From: an uncultured Oscillospiraceae bacterium
GTDB lineage: Bacteria > Bacillota > Clostridia > Oscillospirales > Oscillospiraceae
Assembly: GCA_964370925.1 (NCBI GenBank)
Contig: CAYJLH010000004.1
Span: forward strand, 3,167-67,166
Direction: 5' to 3'
Length of the DNA: 64,000 bases
A program made the position numbers and the translations under genes. A model generated the notes under the pieces. The model saw nothing but the letters and a program-made list of their open reading frames with translations, did not search any database and was not told where the DNA came from. Shown here piece after piece: positions 59,170 through 64,000 of the stretch; the first letter of the stretch is position 1; the number at the start of each line of letters is the position of its first letter.

Positions 59170-61047
59170 ATGATTAACGCACTGGAAAATTTTATTTTAC
59201 CACCAGAGCTTGAGGACATTATTTACAAATGCAAAAGTGTTATTGTCCCCCAAAGCAAAAATAGCCTTTATCAGTTCATTTTCGGTAATGAATACATAGA
59301 CGAAATTGATGTCTATTATAAGATAGGTGACAAGAAAGTTCCCGAAGCCACGGTTACACGTTGTAAAAACGGCGCTGTTGTTAACTACTGCGAAGATTAT
59401 ATGAGACGACGTGACCCAAACTGCATGTATATTTCCGACGATAAGCCAACAGATAAGCCACTTTTTAGTGAGGCATTCGGCTATGACTTTTCGGAATTAC
59501 AAGAGGACACATTCAGCTGGCTAAAAAAACAGGAACTGATTATCGTTCCTTTCCGTGTTGGTAGTTTAGAATATGGCTATGACACATTGTTAGTTTGTCC
59601 AAGAAATGCGGCTTTCTTTGCTTTTGCGCTATCACAGCTTCAATTCTTCCTACCTCCACAATCAATCAGCAAATTTAAACCCAGAGCGATTGTCTACGTC
59701 GCTCCACCTTTTAGACATACCCATTTCAAAGGCAAACAAGTTTGTGTTCACAACCGCCTTGACGATTGCCACGAAATCTATGCATATAACCTCTACCCAG
59801 GCCCATCTGCGAAAAAAGGCATTTATAGTGTTTTGCTCGACATCGGTGAGCAAGAGGGTTGGGTAACTGCTCACGCATCCGCTTGTACGGTCATTACACC
59901 TTATGAAAACACGCTCGTAATGATGCACGAGGGTGCTTCCGGTGGTGGTAAAAGTGAGTTACTCCAAGACGTTAGACGTGAAATTGACGGTCGTGTTTTG
60001 GTCGGTGTTAACACGCTTACAGGCGAATCAACGCATATCACAATGAGTGATACGTGTACACTTATGCCGATTACAGACGACATTGCAATGTGTCACCCAA
60101 AATTCCAGTCTGACAGCGGAAAACTTGCTCTCTATGACGGTGAGGCTGGTTGGTTTTTGCGTGTTGACGGCATTACGGAATATGGTTCTGACCCACTTTA
60201 TGAGAGAATTTCTCTACATTCAAAAGAACCTCTTGTATTTTTCAATTTGCAAGCTGTTCCTCAGTCAACTTGTCTTTTATGGGAACACACTTTGGACAGC
60301 ACAGGCGAGCCTTGCCCAAATCCACGTGTTATCATCCCACGTGAAATGGTCAGCAATATAGTTTCTGAATATGCAGAGGTTGATGTGCGTAGCTTTGGTG
60401 TTCGTATGCCACCATCATATTCCGCAAAAGTCGACTACGGCATCATGGGACTAATGCAAATCGTACCCCCTGCTTTGGCTTGGCTTTGGAGACTTGTCGC
60501 TCCTCGTGGATTTAAAAACCCAAGTATCAATAGTGGTTCAGCACTTGTCAGTGAGGGTGTTGGCTCTTATTGGCCATTCGCAACGGGAAAACGTGTAAAA
60601 CAAGCAAATTTACTTTTGGAGCAAATTTTAAACACTCCAAATACAAAATACATCCTACTTCCAAACCAACATATCGGTGTTTATAAAGTTGGATTTAGTC
60701 CTGAATGGATTTCTCGTGAATATCTCGCACGTCGTGGTGGTGTTAATATGAAAATGGATAGACTAACACCTGCACGTTGCCCTCTAATGGGTTATTCCTT
60801 AAACGAAATGAAGCTTGACGGTCAAAAAATCCGTTCAAAATTCTTGCATCCCGAAGTTCAAGATACTTTAGGACTTGACGGTTATGACAAGGGTGCAAAA
60901 ATTCTTTACGACTTTTTTGCACAAGAGCTTGCACTATTCGATGTTGAAGACCTCCACCCTATCGGAAAAGAGATTTTAGAAGTTTTCAAAAACAATGGTA
61001 CAGTCAAAGACTACGAAGCAATTATTCCAATGGGTCTACCCAGATAA
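59170..61047 (+). CDS. conserved hypothetical P-loop protein (HPrK/PEPCK-like Walker A GASGGGKSE)
   Basis: 625-aa ORF. Single Walker-A-like motif. No other recognisable domains. Confidence 0.5.
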   Translation: MINALENFILPPELEDIIYKCKSVIVPQSKNSLYQFIFGNEYIDEIDVYYKIGDKKVPEATVTRCKNGAVVNYCEDYMRRRDPNCMYISDDKPTDKPLFSEAFGYDFSELQEDTFSWLKKQELIIVPFRVGSLEYGYDTLLVCPRNAAFFAFALSQLQFFLPPQSISKFKPRAIVYVAPPFRHTHFKGKQVCVHNRLDDCHEIYAYNLYPGPSAKKGIYSVLLDIGEQEGWVTAHASACTVITPYENTLVMMHEGASGGGKSELLQDVRREIDGRVLVGVNTLTGESTHITMSDTCTLMPITDDIAMCHPKFQSDSGKLALYDGEAGWFLRVDGITEYGSDPLYERISLHSKEPLVFFNLQAVPQSTCLLWEHTLDSTGEPCPNPRVIIPREMVSNIVSEYAEVDVRSFGVRMPPSYSAKVDYGIMGLMQIVPPALAWLWRLVAPRGFKNPSINSGSALVSEGVGSYWPFATGKRVKQANLLLEQILNTPNTKYILLPNQHIGVYKVGFSPEWISREYLARRGGVNMKMDRLTPARCPLMGYSLNEMKLDGQKIRSKFLHPEVQDTLGLDGYDKGAKILYDFFAQELALFDVEDLHPIGKEILEVFKNNGTVKDYEAIIPMGLPR

Positions 61048-61061
61048 TAATAGTAACATGA

Positions 61062-61090
61062 AAAAATCCGCTTTTTAGCGGATTTTTTCT
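61062..61090 (+). terminator. intrinsic terminator
   Basis: aaatccgct / agcggattt hairpin plus T-run. Confidence 0.6.
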
Positions 61091-61221
61091 CGTATTATTA
61101 AGTATTTTTACAATTTACAACAATTTTTTTATTAGAGTAAAAAAACTATTTACCAAATAGCCCCTTTTGTGATAAAATAGAGTAGGGAAAACCTTTTAAT
61201 TTGACTATGAGGAGAATATAT

Positions 61222-61596
61222 ATGATATCTAACGGAAGAAAAGTCCACCACATCAACATGCAAGTCCCTAATTTAGAAAAAGCAATTGAATTTTACACCA
61301 CTGCTCTCGGTTACGAAGTTAAGGCTCGTTATAATAACGGTATTCGTGACATAATTTTCATCACAGATGGAAATACCATTTTTGAACTTATTGAAGAAGC
61401 TTCACTTGAAACCTCTGTCATGGAGCATATCGCCTATGTTTCCGAGGATATTGAAGCGGAATATAAATATTTCCAAGAACTTGATAGTAGTATGATTCTA
61501 ACTGAAATCAAATACGTAGATTTTTTGAATATTTATATCTTTTTCATCAAAGGCGCAGGCAATGAGAGAATTGAATTTTGTCAGGAGAAAGGGTGA
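61222..61596 (+). CDS. VOC/glyoxalase-bleomycin-resistance family protein
   Basis: HINMQVPNLEKAIEFYT glyoxalase fold N-terminus. RBS GAGGAG. Confidence 0.7.
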   Translation: MISNGRKVHHINMQVPNLEKAIEFYTTALGYEVKARYNNGIRDIIFITDGNTIFELIEEASLETSVMEHIAYVSEDIEAEYKYFQELDSSMILTEIKYVDFLNIYIFFIKGAGNERIEFCQEKG

Positions 61597-61601
61597 TTTT
61601 T

Positions 61602-62105
61602 GTGAATTCAATTTTTAAAAGACGAAGCGTTAGAGCTTTTACACAAAGAGAAGTTGAAAACGAGAAAATAGATCAAGTAATTAGAGCTGCTATGCAAGCT
61701 CCCTCCGCTGCAAATCAGCAGCCTTGGGAATTTATTGTCGTTAGAGGTGCTGAAAATTTAGAGGCACTTTCCTTATACAGCCCATATGCAGCATGTCTTA
61801 AAGGTGCTGATGTCGGAATTGTCGTCGTCGGAAACCAAAGCAAGTTTAAATTCCCCGATCTTTGGGAACAAGACCTAGCCGCTGCAACACAAAATTTGAT
61901 GTTACAGGCAACAGAGCTCGGTTTGGGAACTGTTTGGTTTGGAACTGCACCTGACACCGCTAGAATGTTGTATATCAAAAGGCTCTATAATTTAGCTGAT
62001 GACCTACTTCCTTTTAGTGTAATCGCAGTGGGTTATCCTCAGGACGAAAATGCAAATCAGTTCATTGACAGATATGATGAATCAAGAATCAGATATGTTG
62101 GCTAA
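61602..62105 (+). CDS. nitroreductase family protein
   Basis: IFKRRSVRAF...QPWEF motifs. GTG 61602 preferred (RBS GGAGAAAGGG). ATG 61578 is the alternative. Confidence 0.75.
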   Translation: MNSIFKRRSVRAFTQREVENEKIDQVIRAAMQAPSAANQQPWEFIVVRGAENLEALSLYSPYAACLKGADVGIVVVGNQSKFKFPDLWEQDLAAATQNLMLQATELGLGTVWFGTAPDTARMLYIKRLYNLADDLLPFSVIAVGYPQDENANQFIDRYDESRIRYVG

Positions 62106-62108
62106 AGC

Positions 62109-62142
62109 AGAAAATCCGCTCTATTTTGAGCGGATTTTTTAA
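62109..62142. terminator. bidirectional intrinsic terminator
   Basis: aaaatccgctc-tatttt-gagcggatttttt. Confidence 0.65.
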
Positions 62143-62146
62143 TTTA

Positions 62147-63421
62147 CTACACTTCCTTAGGCAAATATTTCTTCGACATTTGAAGTAAAACTCCACCAAC
62201 AAGAAAAAATACAGTAATAGATAAAATTGACAGGGAACTACGTCCGGTTACACTTTTCGTGAATGCATACATCGCAGGCCCGAGAACTGATGCAAATTTA
62301 CCGAAAATCTCATAAAAACCAAAATATTCGTTTGATTTTTCCTTGGGCACCATCATACCAAAGTAAGAGCGTGAAAGTGCTTGAATTCCACCCTGAGCAG
62401 TTCCAACCAAAATTGCCAAAGCCCAAAACAGAACCAACGCTTGGGAGTTATTCAAATATCCTTCTTCAATTCCAAATCCCATATAAAAACCAAGCACACA
62501 AATCACCAGATAAATTCCTATCGCAAGGCTTATAATATTAAGCGTTCCAAATTTTCCGGCAAGTTTGCTGAACAAAATCGCAAAAGGAAACGCAACCAAT
62601 TGCGTCACCAATAGCGCCAAAATCATTCCAACAGAGTCGAGTCCCAATGATGCACCATAAGCCGTCGACATTTTTATAACCGTTCCAACACCGTCTATAT
62701 AGAAAAAGTATGAGACTATAAAAAGTGCAAGTCCACGATTTTTCAAAATTTCTCGAAAGCATTTATAAACAGAGGAAAATGCCTCTTTCACTTGTCCACT
62801 TTCGGGGATATCTCTGCCGTATGTTTGCTTGTAGTTTGTCAAAATCGGAATCGAAAATACTGTCCACCAAATTACGCAGAGTACAATTGAAATTTTTGTC
62901 GCTGTTATTGTGTCAATTCCTATAGACTCACCAAAGCTAATTAACAAAATAGAAATCACAAACGGAATCGTGCTTCCGCCTATATAACCCATAGAATATG
63001 CCCACGCAGAAACTCTATTCATGCGGTCCGGCGTTGTGATATCAGTTAGCATACTGTCGGCAAAAAGTAAAGAGCCATTAAATCCAACATTTGACAATAC
63101 ATAGCCAAGCAAAAGCAATTGCCAGCTGTTAAAAATTGCACATGACGCCGTCGCCACTAGCCCCAAAATCAAAAAAATCAAAAAGAGCTTCTTTTTGTAG
63201 CCTTTATAATCTCCAAAAGAACCTAAAATCGGAGCAAGTACAGCAGAAATTGAGGTTGCAATCGAACCACCAATACCCAACCACATATCCCCATCCCCAC
63301 CTGATACCATACCGGTGAAATACACAGGAAAAATTGCCGCGAGCATAATAGTAGCAAAGGAGGAATTTGCCCAGTCGTAGGTAATCCAGCTCTTTTCAAG
63401 GCGCGTGAATTTTTTGTCCAT
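62147..63421 (-). CDS. MFS transporter (UMF1/Atg22-like family)
   Basis: 12 TM. Start at ATG 63421 (MDKKFTRLEKSWITYDW). Confidence 0.8.
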   Translation of the reverse strand: MDKKFTRLEKSWITYDWANSSFATIMLAAIFPVYFTGMVSGGDGDMWLGIGGSIATSISAVLAPILGSFGDYKGYKKKLFLIFLILGLVATASCAIFNSWQLLLLGYVLSNVGFNGSLLFADSMLTDITTPDRMNRVSAWAYSMGYIGGSTIPFVISILLISFGESIGIDTITATKISIVLCVIWWTVFSIPILTNYKQTYGRDIPESGQVKEAFSSVYKCFREILKNRGLALFIVSYFFYIDGVGTVIKMSTAYGASLGLDSVGMILALLVTQLVAFPFAILFSKLAGKFGTLNIISLAIGIYLVICVLGFYMGFGIEEGYLNNSQALVLFWALAILVGTAQGGIQALSRSYFGMMVPKEKSNEYFGFYEIFGKFASVLGPAMYAFTKSVTGRSSLSILSITVFFLVGGVLLQMSKKYLPKEV

Positions 63422-63579
63422 GTAAATTTTTCTCCCTAAATTAATCGTATTGCCTATTATATCAAAATTTTCCTCTTTTTTCAATTAATTTAGAGTAAAA
63501 TTAAAAATTTGACATGCATTTTACAAGAAAAATCTATGTGAAAAAATTCACATAGATTTTAGTTTAATTGTTTTATAAA

Positions 63580-64000
63580 TTAATATTCGTCTGTATTGTA
63601 TCCGCTGTAATCCGCCTCACTGAGAACAAATCCAGAAACAAGTTCATTAAGGATTTCAGATTGCCCTGAAAGTTCTTCACTCGCCGCCGCGCTTTCCTCA
63701 GCTGTTGCTGTGTTTGTTTGAACAACTGCGGAAATTTGTTCAATACCGTTACCGACAACCTGTGCGCCTGCCGACTGTGCAATTGCCGCTGAAGCAATGT
63801 TGTCAACTAATGTGCTTAGTTCGTCAGCATTTTTAATCGCTTCACTAATAGATTCAGATGTGTCATGTGCGATTTTGCTACCAACGCCGACAACCGCAAC
63901 CGTTTCTTCAATAAGCACAGCAGTGTCTTTTGCGGACTGTGCAGATTTTGTCGCAAGGCTACGAACTTCATCAGCAACAACAGCAAAACCTTTACCAGCA
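63580..64000 (-). CDS. methyl-accepting chemotaxis protein, C-terminal signalling domain (partial; runs off the window end)
   Basis: Highly conserved MCP signalling hairpin (GKGFAVVADEVRSLA...TNLLALNA-type). The reading frame stays open to position 64000. Confidence 0.85.
   Translation of the reverse strand, partial: AGKGFAVVADEVRSLATKSAQSAKDTAVLIEETVAVVGVGSKIAHDTSESISEAIKNADELSTLVDNIASAAIAQSAGAQVVGNGIEQISAVVQTNTATAEESAAASEELSGQSEILNELVSGFVLSEADYSGYNTDEY

Noticed and set aside
1-64000. CRISPR arrays, tRNA/rRNA genes, transposases or integrases
   Set aside because: No direct-repeat/spacer periodicity, no cloverleaf-compatible 70-90-nt conserved blocks and no DDE/tyrosine-recombinase ORFs were seen in any frame.

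Overview
This is a low-GC Firmicutes (Clostridia-type, spore-former) chromosomal window that is mostly housekeeping plus accessory genes. From left to right it contains a T-box leader and valS, then the spoIIAA-spoIIAB-sigF operon, then a 450-bp intergenic element bounded by two 28-bp self-complementary inverted repeats, then pyrG. A nitrogen-assimilation island follows. It holds a glnA with an ANTAR response regulator on the minus strand. It also holds asnA and a type-III glutamine synthetase on the plus strand, and an in-frame AmtB-GlnK(PII) fusion preceded by a leader terminator. After that come surface proteins (a BspA-type LRR protein and an NHL/SLH protein). Next is a four-gene cyclic-nucleotide signalling operon (MBL hydrolase, GAF-HD-GYP, a FecR/beta-helix secreted protein and a CHASE2 class-III cyclase). 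Then two MATE pumps flanking an XRE-cupin regulator. The most interesting region is 30.2-40.7 kb. It encodes a tungsten-type aldehyde:ferredoxin oxidoreductase with a MoaD-like protein, behind a candidate Moco/Wco riboswitch. Immediately adjacent is a 9-gene minus-strand operon. That operon encodes a dedicated ECF transporter (EcfT, EcfA, EcfA' and an S component) and three exported or lipid-anchored proteins. These three proteins are built from a repeated module that resembles the C-terminal part of sulfite-oxidase/MsrP-type molybdopterin-binding domains, and one of them is fused to an alkaline-phosphatase-superfamily phosphodiesterase. The operon also encodes a MobB-like P-loop protein with a Cys-rich tail and a kinase-fold protein. 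I read this as a candidate, previously undescribed pterin or molybdopterin/tungstopterin (or W/Mo) capture-and-import system. This reading is inference from motifs and needs HMM and structure checks. The remainder of the window is hcpR with ferredoxin-hcp, a clostripain-like lipoprotein, NfeD-flotillin, pepF, ptsI, split transketolase, a BlaI-controlled secreted metallophosphoesterase, a P-loop DUF protein, nitroreductase, an MFS transporter and a partial MCP. I see no rRNA, tRNA, CRISPR array or obvious transposase.
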